DNA of 63,853 bases, the filler included, from Basidiobolus ranarum (Eukaryota): NCBI GenBank assembly GCA_040143965.1. It is 37 parts of 37 records of this genome, joined end to end, with 100 filler letters (N's around TTAATTAATTAA, not from the genome) between each part and the next. Parts side by side here need not be neighbours in the genome. Positions count along the whole stretch, not along the records: positions 38,099 to 39,724 come from JASJQH010011557.1; positions 39,825 to 41,450 come from JASJQH010011558.1; positions 41,551 to 43,176 come from JASJQH010011559.1; positions 43,277 to 44,901 come from JASJQH010011560.1; positions 45,002 to 46,626 come from JASJQH010011561.1; positions 46,727 to 48,351 come from JASJQH010011562.1; positions 48,452 to 50,076 come from JASJQH010011563.1; 30 more parts are not named here. The stretch is one strand, 5' to 3'. The stretch's first letter is position 1; each line of letters begins with the position of its first letter. A model generated the notes under the pieces. That model was given only the letters and a program-made list of their open reading frames with translations, ran no database searches and was not told where the DNA came from. Of the stretch, positions 38,770 to 50,076 are shown piece by piece. A program made the translations under genes and the position numbers.

Positions 38770-39724
38770 CCTTCCATCAATTACTTTTACAAGGATGGGA
38801 CTAGATTTCTTGATTGTTGGGATAGAGTGGGAGTTTACAAAGGCGGAGTCAATAAAACAGGAGGAAGCACCTGAATCAAGAAGTGCAGTTGTATTTATTT
38901 ACTTGGAATTTGGTAGCAGGAGTGTAATGGTCAGCTTTAATGATTCACAACACTGCAGAGATTGCAATGTATGGTGAAGATACATTTTTGAAGATGGTTT
39001 GCCCAACTGCATGCCCATTATTGCAGCTGGGCATTGAAGTTTTCCAACTGTTGGGAAGAGTTCTCTTGTACTTGCATATTGTTGATCTTAAATCTAGGAT
39101 TCTTCTTTGGACAGGTTCTTGCTACATGTCCAGGAGCTCCACAATAGAGGCAAAGATTCTCTTGTTGGCATCAATATTTCTCCTCACGGCTAAGCTTTCT
39201 GAAGCAAGTTCCATCAATTTGCATTGGGTCATTAGCTTGAGCTGTATTTTGTGTTTGATGGAAGGGGGTTCTGAAAGTAGATGATGAAGGAGAGAAGAAA
39301 GGAACCATATTCTTTTGTTGTTGTCTTTCAAACAACCGGTTGTCACATTTAACTGCCTGGTGGATAGCATCAGTCAAGGTCACTGGTCAGCCATAGTGAG
39401 TAAAACTTCCATTATATTTTCTTGGAGTCCATGTTGGAATTGGTTGATCAGGGCTGATTCTCCCCAATTGAGATCACAGGCAAGAAGGTGGAATTCTGCA
39501 GCATAAGTTGATGCAGGCTTTGACCCTTGTTTCAGTGCATGGATCTTGGTGGCTGAAGTTCTTTCCTTATCTGCATTTCCAAATGTGGCTTCCAGTTCAG
39601 CAAGAAAGGCAAAGAAGTTTGAAAGAAGTGGAGATTGACTTTCCATCAAAGGAGCAAACCAAGATAGAGCTGTTCCTGATAATAGTGTTCCCACTAAGCC
39701 TACTTTTGTTTGGTCAGAGGGGTA
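38770..39724 (-). pseudogene. Ty3/Gypsy gag (Retrotrans_gag, CCHC) and protease
   Basis: LLSGTALSWFAPL...LKQGSKPASTYAAEF...QFQHGL, DPMQID, CLYCGAPGHVARTC, ALLDSGASSCFID. Confidence 0.93.
39000..39045 (-). promoter_or_regulatory. putative -1 programmed ribosomal frameshift signal (gag-pol)
   Basis: G GAA AAC, a 5-nt spacer, then a 12-bp stem TGCCCAGCTGCA/TGCAGTTGGGCA. The protease lies in the -1 frame relative to gag. Confidence 0.65.
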
Positions 39725-39824
39725 NNNNNNNNNNNNNNNNNNNNNNNNNNNNNNNNNNNNNNNNNNNNTTAATTAATTAANNNNNNNNNNNNNNNNNNNN
39801 NNNNNNNNNNNNNNNNNNNNNNNN

Positions 39825-41450
39825 TAATGAAGGATTATAGGTCATACCATTTACAAGTGTTTTCCACTTGTACCAGGTCTGTGGCAAGCAACAGTTGCCA
39901 ATCAACTGTGGTAAAAATGTAAGAAAACCAATAAACACCTGGTAGCCAAGATTGGATTGAACTCTCCACTCCTCAATAATCAAAGCTGCTTCCCTTACAG
40001 TAAGTGTTATGTGTGGACTAATATTTGCCAATTACAAAGAGTCTGTAACAAAACCGTCTTCTTCTTCTTCAACTTCTGATACACTACCATTGGTACTGGA
40101 ATAATCAAGGTCAACATCTGGCATCAAGTTGCCAAAGTTGGCTGGACTTACTGGTTTGACCAAAGTTGCATCTTGACCTACATTATTCTGGTCTATAACT
40201 GTGGTAACTCCATGTTATATTGACTTTTGGCTGTGTTACCACAACTTTGAGGCAAACTACAGTCAGTGGACTCAATGGGCAAAACTAAAGTGAATTGAGT
40301 GTACTTATTACTGTTGTTATATGTCAGGCTTTGTGCAGCTGGTGGGTTTGTACAGTGACTGTGCTTGTGATTATTTTTTTCTATGGAGCCTCTGGCTTAC
40401 ATAGCACAAGAATATGTGACAATAATAGCAGGTTTTCTTTACATGTTTGTGTTGCGGCATGAGAAGGATATTGTATAAAAAACTACACCTCCCATGTAAG
40501 GGTGGTATTTAAGGTATAGCCCTTCAATTTCATCAGCTGATTCTCAGATGGTGTCAGAGATGAGTCAACAGGGGATTTACAAGATATATCTTGCAATGGA
40601 AGGCAAGTTTATTATAAGCTATTTCTAAGCAATTTCATTACACCAACTTTACCATCTGAAAATTCCAATGCCATTCAAAAAGCATTCAAAGTCTAAGTCA
40701 AAATCAGCTTCCAAGCAAAGTCTGTTGGTGCGAGAGGAAAAGAACCAGCAAGAACAGAAGACTTAATTGAAGGGCAGTCTAGCAATCCACTATCCACTTT
40801 AGAAGGCATTAACATACAGGAAACTAACTCAAGTAATGATGAAGCATTAATCAATTTACCAGATGTTTTCATTTCCAGCAATAGTGCAAGTGAAGGGATT
40901 GTAATCCCCCAACTATGTAGTAAGTTAATAGTTGGGCAAAGTTCAACCAAAACACTGTCAAGACCATCTACTTCCAAAATGGCTACTTTGCCCACTATTG
41001 AACAACCCTCCATAGAAAATTTGGATAGAATTATTACAAGGGAATTGCAGGCGGAACACCATAATGTTTTGTATGCAATCATGAGTAAAAACTATAAAGT
41101 TGCTATACAGGCCATGACAAGTAATAATGCCACAATGTTACAATTAATGCAGAATTCAGCAGCAACTAGTCAACAGTTAAAGAGTCACTAAACCATGATA
41201 CAAGACCCTCAGAATGCTGCACTTGTGCTACAGCAACATGCTGCTCTCTCTATCCATTCTTGTATAGGAATTCAACCAATCCCACACCATACATATGAAC
41301 ATCACCATGACAATCTAGCAGAGCAGAATATGTGTTGGATCATCAAGCCTACACAATGGCCCAAAAATGCTTGGGCACATGAAAATAGAAATCTCATAGG
41401 AAAGTTGGCAAACCAAAAGACTCTCAATGTCAGAGCTGCCATCACTTGCT
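39825..41450 (-). mobile_element. CACTA family core, reverse orientation (transposase ATG 40460 on minus; ORF2 ATG 40668 on plus)
   Basis: Reverse colinear with 8682-10316. Confidence 0.88.
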
Positions 41451-41739
41451 NNNNNNNNNNNNNNNNNNNNNNNNNNNNNNNNNNNNNNNNNNNNTTAATT
41501 AATTAANNNNNNNNNNNNNNNNNNNNNNNNNNNNNNNNNNNNNNNNNNNNGTGATATTTCTCCTGTTTTTGATGAAGAGCAAGTAGTTGATGACAAACCA
41601 GAAAGAGGACAGCCCACATTCTGATGCATCATGTGATGCAATTTACCTGATTCAACTAAACCAACCAGTGAGCTTTTTACATCAGGAGAAGAGGCAGCTC
41701 CAAGGAGCATGCCACCAGAAAGACATACTGGCTTAACAT

Positions 41740-42320
41740 GCACTATTTCATGACAGCAACAAAGGCCAATGGCAAGAATTATTGAACCTTCCACTTTGTT
41801 AGAAGAGGAGCTGACATATGAGAGCAATCAACTAAGAACAGCAATCTGTTACAATGTGTACCCCCATGAGACTAAGACACAGGTGTTTGAGAGAGAGAGT
41901 AAAGCTCTTACTGAGCCAGAAGAAGCCACAACCGACAAACATAAGCCTCAAGCTAGACAATGTGTTCTGAAGTGTTCTGTAATGCAACAGAGGTCACTAT
42001 GGCCAGTTGAAAGAGATGAAGCTTCCACCATGGTTAAAGCGACCAGAACTCCCAGATGCAAACCTCAAGGAAGATGACTTGCTCCAGCATGTACTGGAAT
42101 TCAACCATGGAAATAGCCAGTCAAAAGAGATGAAGCTATAACAGTGGTTGAAGAAGCAATAACCACCAAACATAAACTAGAAGGTAGATGACTTGCTATA
42201 ACACACATTGCCATGCATCTGTGGCCAAAAGTAAGTGGCCAAAAGTAATGAAGCTTCTAGTATGGTTGAAGAGGCAAGAACTGTCAAGCACAAACCTCAA
42301 GTGAGACATTCCAGGTCAAT
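41740..42320 (+). repeat. degenerate tandem repeat of about 114-118 bp, about 5 units
   Basis: Anchor GAAGCT/AAAGCT/GAACCT at 41784, 41901, 42018, 42132 and 42250, with recurring AAACCTCAAG and GGCCAGT-like motifs. Confidence 0.6.
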
Positions 42321-43276
42321 GCGTAGATCTGTGCTGTAGTGGGGTAGCATTACCACCAATTGGCAGGTTGACTTATTTCCACTACAAGCTCATATCATTA
42401 CTATTGCCCAATTTGTATTTTATTATCTATATTTGACTTACTCATATTTTCTAGCCAATCATATCACACCATTAGTATTATCCCCATTTACTTGAGATTT
42501 ATCAGTATTAACCTACCTTAGCCCTGTTAATTCCTGGAAAATTCTACAATCTTCTGGAATACTTCATAGATTACTAATCTTATTATTTATGAAGATATTA
42601 TAATCCCAGATCACCACCAATAGATTTCTCTGGAACTTTCCAGAACCTCTCATCAGTAACCATTTCTATCTTCAGAAAAGTATAAATAGGAGCCATACCT
42701 GTTCAATAAAAATAATCCTGAATTTTGGCTTATAATTACAACTTGTGACCACCCCCAATTTTCATCACTGCTTTGAAGACCTTTGAAGAGGAAGTTCAAG
42801 AGACACTACTAGAGACAGTTACAGGCTACCAGATGACTAGAAAGGACTGGACTGGCTCAAAGGAAGTACTGACAGGTAGATGTTAAATCCTGATGCTTTA
42901 TATTTTTTTACCTAGCTTTGTCTGTATAGGCAACACACTTTTCATATACCTGCATTAATCTCTCCTAGTGCTTCCTTGATCAAGACCCTGCAAGCGGAGT
43001 TTACAGCTGTTTTTGATTGGCTGTACCCTTTTTATTTCATCATTCTCAAAGGACATTGAAGCCAGTAAATTCTTTTGTCAAGAGCAAGCATATTATTCAA
43101 CAGAAAGCTGGACATTATATTGTGGTTTATCAATCTTTAGACATTTCTAGAGACTTTATTCCCTTTCACAAAGACCNNNNNNNNNNNNNNNNNNNNNNNN
43201 NNNNNNNNNNNNNNNNNNNNTTAATTAATTAANNNNNNNNNNNNNNNNNNNNNNNNNNNNNNNNNNNNNNNNNNNN

Positions 43277-43644
43277 TTACATCTTGACAAAACTATAAAT
43301 GTCAACTTTCTACTCAATAAATCAATAAGTGAAAACCACCAATTCCTCTAATTCTCCAAACCACTTCTAACAGGCTCCCAAATACTTCAACATAAATGAC
43401 TATATAGATGCTTAGGCCATGCTAATTTCAACAGAGACTAACTTGGAAGTTCTCAAACTTGTCCAAGAGACCCCAAACTTGGTACATATGTTCCTGGACC
43501 TTCCTGTATACATTCCTCATTTTGGACTGCCTATCTCTTGACAAAAGTATAAATGTCAACCTACTCTCAATAAATTATTACGTGAAAACCACCAATTCTT
43601 CTAGTTCTCTAAATCACTTCCGACCACTCCTAAAAACTTCAACA
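43277..43644. mobile_element. cluster of Copia family B-like LTR fragments
   Basis: LTR 3' end (...TTCAACA, 43392), an inverted LTR 5' end (43393-43433), and a second related LTR 3' end (43644). Confidence 0.7.
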
Positions 43645-45001
43645 TAAAGTTCTCTAAAAGCTAGTATATTTTACATATGGCCACATAGAGGAATCCTAAC
43701 ATCCATTCACCACAATATGGTATTCCTTCAAGAAATAAATCATTCTACTAACAAGCTTGATCATATCCATTGAAATGGTTTAAATGGTAACATAAGTAAG
43801 CCCAAGATAGTTAAATACCTCGAGAATCCACTTAACTTTTATGCTTAATAAAAATGAGTTCTTTCTCAAAGTGGCTAATTAAAGTTTCCAATGATGGTGA
43901 AACAGATGGATATTAGTATGCAAGTGAATCATGTTTAGTAACCTACCCATTGGATCATGAATACCAAATATGAGTAGTGCTTTATTGCTTGAAAATCTAT
44001 TTATCCGTATCACAAATAACTCATTCTAAGAAACAACCAAATCTAGTAATCCCTATTTTGGCCAAAGAAATTATCTGTATCACCATATGGGTAAGAACCA
44101 ATCCATTCGGGTTACTCTATTGATGTAGTGAAGCGCATTTAGTAAGTACAAGCTTATATCCAAAGTAAACATTGTGGCAGAAGACTTCAACTTTCACCAA
44201 AATAGGTATATTTATATAAAAGTAAATCCGACGAGTGGAATTCATATAAATGGCTATGTTTAACTAAATGTAACAATGCACCATATATGGCTAAAATATG
44301 ATGTTGAATAAAGGATTGAACAGTTGGAAGTCGACATCTCCATATACCTTTATCTACGCAGAAATGTTTGGTGTACACATGTTGATGCCAATGGTATGAG
44401 TGGTGAAAAATGACCGAAGTCGATGAATATATCTCGGGTGTGATTGTTGACTCTTTGAATACTTGGGAGAAAGAAAAGCATCGCCCTTGTGTGGAAATAT
44501 TTGGAATATGGGATTTTACTACGGTTCGAGCTTCGATTTCCAGTAAGAACTGATCATGCCTAATTGGTAGTAGATAGGTCCGACATCCTCGTGAAAAACC
44601 AGTTCTTGTTTGTTGGAGGGCTTGCGTTATATAGATGGAGGTGATGAAATGTGTCTTCTGTTAGTGAGATCCTTGTACTCCCGGAGCACTGGAATGGATC
44701 CAGTATTACGGATTCTTCAACCTACTGGAAGTATATTGATGACTCGGGCGGCAATGGTGAGAGAAAATGATTGGAATGAAGTTTCACATGGTAAAATACA
44801 TATTAATTATTATTTTTGATTTCAGTAATAACGCCATTAACGATCTGAATACTAGGCATGATTATGTGAGTGATTTGAAGGGCTAAAAGTGGTTTTTCGA
44901 GNNNNNNNNNNNNNNNNNNNNNNNNNNNNNNNNNNNNNNNNNNNNTTAATTAATTAANNNNNNNNNNNNNNNNNNNNNNNNNNNNNNNNNNNNNNNNNNN
45001 N

Positions 45002-45130
45002 AATGGTCAAGGCTGGAGCACCGACCAGTTGACGTTGCTGGTTAACTAAAGCGAGTAGTACATTAGCATCAAAGGAGAAAGCAACCCCGGAAAAAGCGAA
45101 AACGGCAGTGAACAAATTGTAGAACTTCAT
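45002..45130 (-). CDS. secreted CAP/SCP-domain protein, N-terminus (3' truncated)
   Basis: MKFYNLFTAVFAFSGVAFS signal peptide, then LLALVNQQRQLVGAPALT, the first CAP helix (N-x-x-R...G-x-P-x-L). Confidence 0.7.
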
Positions 45131-46726
45131 GATTTTGTGTGCTTCTCTGGAATGATGTGGACGGTATTTATACGCAGTTGCCACCAAGCATCCGGATTAG
45201 TTTGGACGGAAATCAAATATTCTCAAATTGAAATCAGACTAGGATAGACAGGCCTGGAATACAAAAGTTTAACCAATGCCCAGATACTCTAAAACCCATC
45301 GTCCAATGGAGGATAATTACGATACAGCAGAAATTTCGACAAGAATCCTTATTGAATGAACGAAGAATCTCTATTGAATGGACAAACTTGTCGGAATATT
45401 AGAAAGATCAGTAACCTAGTCAGGAATGGAGAGATCAGTTCCCAAAGTAGTTAGTAAGGTTGGAACAGTTTATATCGCCAAATAAGAAAACAAGGTTTGT
45501 GATTGAGATCTAGAACACTTCCCCAGGACATCAGTATTAAACTCTTAATCGTGATGAATGGAATCCTATATAAATCCTACTAGTTCTTCGCTTGATAATA
45601 TCCCATACCCTATCATGGTATGCTGTCAAAGTTAACTAAAACTATTCTAGGGTTAGGGTTAGATTTCATTATCAACCTTACTGCCTTCCCTAATATTGAT
45701 CCAGTTGATTTGCAGACATTTAGAGCCTCTAGCATTAGTAAGATATAGTAACAGTTAGCTCCTGCGGGAACTAAAGTTCATGGAATGTAACTAAAGTTTT
45801 CTATTGTTCTTAGTACAATGATTTGATTTTAGTTTTGAATATATTTGAGCCACGCCCTGTATAATAGAGTTTTTATCTGTGTACATGAATCAGACTCGGA
45901 ACACTGCCATACTTTTATACTAGTGACAAATGTATGAGCATATAAATCAAAACTTTACTATCAGCTGATCTGCCAGTGTTGGTTAATATTGCATTCAGAT
46001 TGCTTCAAGTAGTAAACATTACCGAACAAATGGAATCTAGTCAACTTTGCTTGTTTCTAGCGAAAAGCGTCATAGTACTAGGATATTTCATCTAACTACC
46101 TTGCTTAAAATTTCTTCACCTTCAAATAATGATCCAAATACTCAACTGGCTATTACCGCATTAGTTTCAAGGGCTTTCTTAATTTCATTTGTAAAGTACA
46201 ACACTCGTCATATACTTTTTCTGTTTTACTGGAAAAATTTACTTGTACTCATTGAAGTAATATTTCATATGAACAGCAATTAGGTACTAATAGTCACGCA
46301 TAGCAGACCCAGAATATCTTCTCGTCTGTTGAAATGAGAACACCAATCTTCCTATGTTATATACACCAAGTTGTTTTTAAATCACCCCAAGCATGCACTT
46401 TGACACGAATTAAACTCGGAATACTGGTACAATGACGTACTAATGCTATCAAAATGAAAGTCTCATTATTATCGGATCTCTCGCTACTATTAATAGAACT
46501 GCAAGCGGATTTATGACCGAATCTTTGGAATTGATCACATTCTTGTATCATTGCTACTACAAATTGTATAAATATATACTCCTCAATGAAGTATGCTCCC
46601 CAGAAACTTCGATAAAAGTAGCGATTNNNNNNNNNNNNNNNNNNNNNNNNNNNNNNNNNNNNNNNNNNNNTTAATTAATTAANNNNNNNNNNNNNNNNNN
46701 NNNNNNNNNNNNNNNNNNNNNNNNNN

Positions 46727-46836
46727 TCCTTGTCCAGTCCTGTCTTGTCTTGTCTTGTGGTCTACACCCAAGTACTCTCCTGCCTTCTAGCCTCTTGTCG
46801 TTGTTCCCAGTCCTTGTCCAGTTCCTTATTGTGACA
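46727..46836 (+). mobile_element. Gypsy LTR 3' end inserted in CACTA ORF2
   Basis: Ends ...CTTATTGTGACA, matching 54706 (minus). Confidence 0.85.
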
Positions 46837-48351
46837 GAAATCCTGTGTGAGAATGGATGGAGGGAGCAGCATGTTGCTGTAGCTCAAGTAGAGCTTTCTA
46901 AAGGTCTTTTATTGTTGTTGAGTGACTCTCTAACTGTTAACTAGTTGCTTCCAAACACTGCATTAATTGCAATATTGTGGCATCATTACTTGTCATGGCC
47001 TATATAGTAACTTTGTAGTTTTTACTCATGATTGTATACAAATTCATTATGGCATTCTGCCTGTGATTCCCTTGTTATAATAATTCCATCCAAATTTACA
47101 GCAGATGGTTGTTCAATTGTGGGCAAAGTTGCCATTTTGGAAGCTGATGGTCTTGATGGTGTTTTGGTTGAACTTTGCTCAACTATTGATTTATTACGTA
47201 ATTAGGGGATTACAATCTCTTCACTTGACTATTGCTGGAAAGGGGCACATCTGGTAAATTGATTAATGCTTCATCATTACTTGAGTTAGTTTCCAGCATG
47301 TTAATGCCTTCCAAAGTGGATAGTGGATTTCTAGACTGCTAATCAATTAAGTCCTGTGTTCTTGCTGGTTTTTTTCCTTTTGTGCCAGCAGGCTTTAGTT
47401 TGGAAGCCAATTTTGATTTATATTTGAATGCTTTTTGAATAGCATTGAAATTTTCAGATGGTAAACCTGGTGTATTGAAATTGCTTAGAAACAGCTTATA
47501 ATAAACCAAAATTGCCATCTATTACCACAAATATCTTGAAAATCCCCTGATGACTCATCTGTGACACTGTCTCAGAATCAGCTGATGATGTTGATGGGCT
47601 ATACTTAAAATACCACCCTTATGTAGGAGCCCTAACAAAAATAAAATTGATTTGATCCACAAAACTGTCAGAGAACCATCACAACATTGGTGGCTTGCAT
47701 TCTGCCAGGGATTTTGATGGTGTGATAGTGGTCTCTTGATGGTATTACAATGGTATTCATACATGTTAAAATATTGATCCACATATTTGGCATGCGTTAT
47801 TAATTTCCAGCAATTTTTGCAAAATATAATTTTTGAATGGCAAATTACTGGGTTTACTGCTGTGGGAATTCAAATTAATATGCATGCCTTTATTTAGTTA
47901 TTTAAGGCTTTGTATCTCAGCCATAATGAGAATCAAAAAATACAAGAATCTTGTTGTCTTTAGTCTCTACATACACACATACTGGACTGATCAGACATAA
48001 CTCAACAACATCAATATGCTTTACCAGCAAACTAATAGTGGAAAAATTGCAAAACATCTGAAATTTTGAATAGCACTGACACTTGGCAAATAGCTGACTC
48101 TTGCTACCATTCACAATGAGAATAAGCTCTTGAATTTTGGCAAATTTCGATAAAGAATTCAGCAAATATATCCCTGTCTTGCAGTCAACAAATGTCCTGC
48201 CACAAGTAGATGTGTCATTGCTTGAATAGATTACCCCATGGCTAAAACAATAATACTGCATATCTCTATCAATCTCACTAAGAAGTCTGTCTTGCAGCTT
48301 TCCTAGAAATACCATCAGAGTATTACACAAACAAATTAGTCCAAATTATAG
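46837..48351. mobile_element. CACTA ORF2 and intergenic region interrupted at 47630 by the right end of another copy
   Basis: CCCTAACAAAAATAAAATTG starts at 47630. Confidence 0.85.
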
Positions 48352-48451
48352 NNNNNNNNNNNNNNNNNNNNNNNNNNNNNNNNNNNNNNNNNNNNTTAAT
48401 TAATTAANNNNNNNNNNNNNNNNNNNNNNNNNNNNNNNNNNNNNNNNNNNN

Positions 48452-48667
48452 AACGAAGAAGGAAGCAAGATTAGTATTGAGACGAAAGACAGTGCAGTTC
48501 ACTTTGTACTAGTAGCAGGTGAACCAATTAAAGAGCCAATCGTTCAACATGGCACATTCGTCATGAATTATCCTGAAGACATTCAACGTACTTTCTATGA
48601 TTATCGTATGGGATCCAATGGCTTTGAACGTGCTCGTACGTGGCGATCTGAAATTGGGAATCTCTAA
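48452..48667 (+). CDS. pirin family protein, C-terminal part (5' truncated; missed by the ORF track)
   Basis: ...HFVLVAGEPIKEPIVQHGTFVMNYPEDIQRTFYDYRMGSNGFERARTWRSEIGNL*, matching the Pirin_C GEP...GPFVMN motif and the eukaryotic NGFE..W.S tail. Confidence 0.93.
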   Translation, partial: NEEGSKISIETKDSAVHFVLVAGEPIKEPIVQHGTFVMNYPEDIQRTFYDYRMGSNGFERARTWRSEIGNL

Positions 48668-49219
48668 TTTGCTTTTTTTATTTTATAAAACTAGTAGAGC
48701 TGATCGTAAAAATACGAATGTTGGCCATTGTTTCAAAACTAAAATGGTGAGATTAAAGGCTCTAATGGGTTATTGTTGAACTTCAGCTGTATTTCATATG
48801 TCTTGAATATTATCAAAGTATATTTTAATTAATCTGGAAGTCACTTAATTTGTTTCAAATTTTATTTGTATGCTGAGCTCTGAGCATGAAGCGCAACTCG
48901 CCATTATTCTGAGGTAAACGCCAGTCACCATGATAAAGTTTTACATGGATTTTTGTTACACAAGCTATCCCTATGCATATAGACAAAGCATCATCATTTA
49001 TGATTATTATTAATTATATACCCACCACAATCTCATGTTAGCATTCATTCTTGTGCCTAAGCCACCAATCTTGCACCTACTATGAGATAAGTGAACAAAC
49101 AAATTGTAGACAAACTGGGTGATTCATTGCTGTAACACATCAGTTTTTCTTTTTGAGAGTATAAGCTTAATAAACTTTTCTATCCATAAACTGAAAAAGA
49201 GGTCAATTCTCTTCTCTTT

Positions 49220-50076
49220 ATGGAGCCGCCACTAAATTATAGCAGTCAAAAGCTCAATCGCTGGTATTGGGTGGAAGCCACAATATGTTCCACAACTCAT
49301 GTCACTTGTAGCTAATGTTCATACCCTTGTGTCACATACGTTTTCCTTTTTGAAGTACATCTTTACTCAAGCTGATCCTGAGTTTCATTTGGAGGATTGC
49401 ATTAATGTTGGCTTTTTAAAGAAGTCTTTATGTCACTCCTCAATAACTATAAGCCAAGCAAACAGAAAGCTTCGACAGAATCAAAAGCCTACAAAGATCT
49501 AATACTCAAGTATCGGGATAAGTACTTTCAGTGCTGCTCTTACGAACCAGTCAACATGAAGTATGCTCATCAGATAGCTTCTTATGAAGTGGTAAAAATT
49601 GTTACTGCTTATCGGAATGGGGTCAACCTTCAATTCGGAAACAAAGTTAGAATGTTTCTTAACTTGCTCTTGAAGAAGAACGAAAGAATCAAGGCGCTGA
49701 GAAGCGAAATGAAGAAGAATGAGGGAAGCGAGAAAGAGATTAGGGCAGCCATAAGACAATAACAGAGCATATAAAGAAGGTCAAGCTGGCTATTTCGTCA
49801 AGAAATATTGAAGATATACATAAAGAATTTCTCACTTCAAACGATTTGGATAGGATCTGTTGTCTTTTTGGCTCGTATTCGATAGATTATCGATTTGCAA
49901 AAGACTCAATATATTACGACTGCAAAAGCAACCCTCTCAAGCATATAAAGGCGTATGCCAGACTGTCAAGAATGTGCGAAGCTCTCCAAAACAAGCCATT
50001 CAACTGCTTTCCGTTATGAAGGGGCTTCATACCATCCTACATGACAATCGATACGTATATTTTAAATACTCAAATC
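49220..50076 (+). pseudogene. Fanzor1-like (TnpB-derived RNA-guided endonuclease), N-terminal part, disrupted and 3' truncated
   Basis: Joining frames gives VKSSIAGIGWKPQY...LVANVHTLVSHTFSFLKYIF...FKEVFMSLL...AHQIASYEVVKIVTAYRNGV..QFGNKVRMFLNLLL...SIYYDCKSNPLKHIKAY...CE...FNCFPL*RGFIPSYMTIDTYIL. I recognise this motif series from Mucoromycota Fanzor1 proteins. RuvC is not on this contig. Confidence 0.7.

Noticed and set aside
44610-44819. RYIDGG as a patatin motif
   Set aside because: Isolated short match with none of the other patatin motifs.
45648-45662. TAGGGTTAGGGTTAG as a telomere
   Set aside because: Only about 2.5 units and internal to a contig, so compatible with chance.
48452-50076. 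Functional link between pirin and the Fanzor-like gene
   Set aside because: A single adjacency in a eukaryotic genome is most simply explained as a transposon insertion near a gene.
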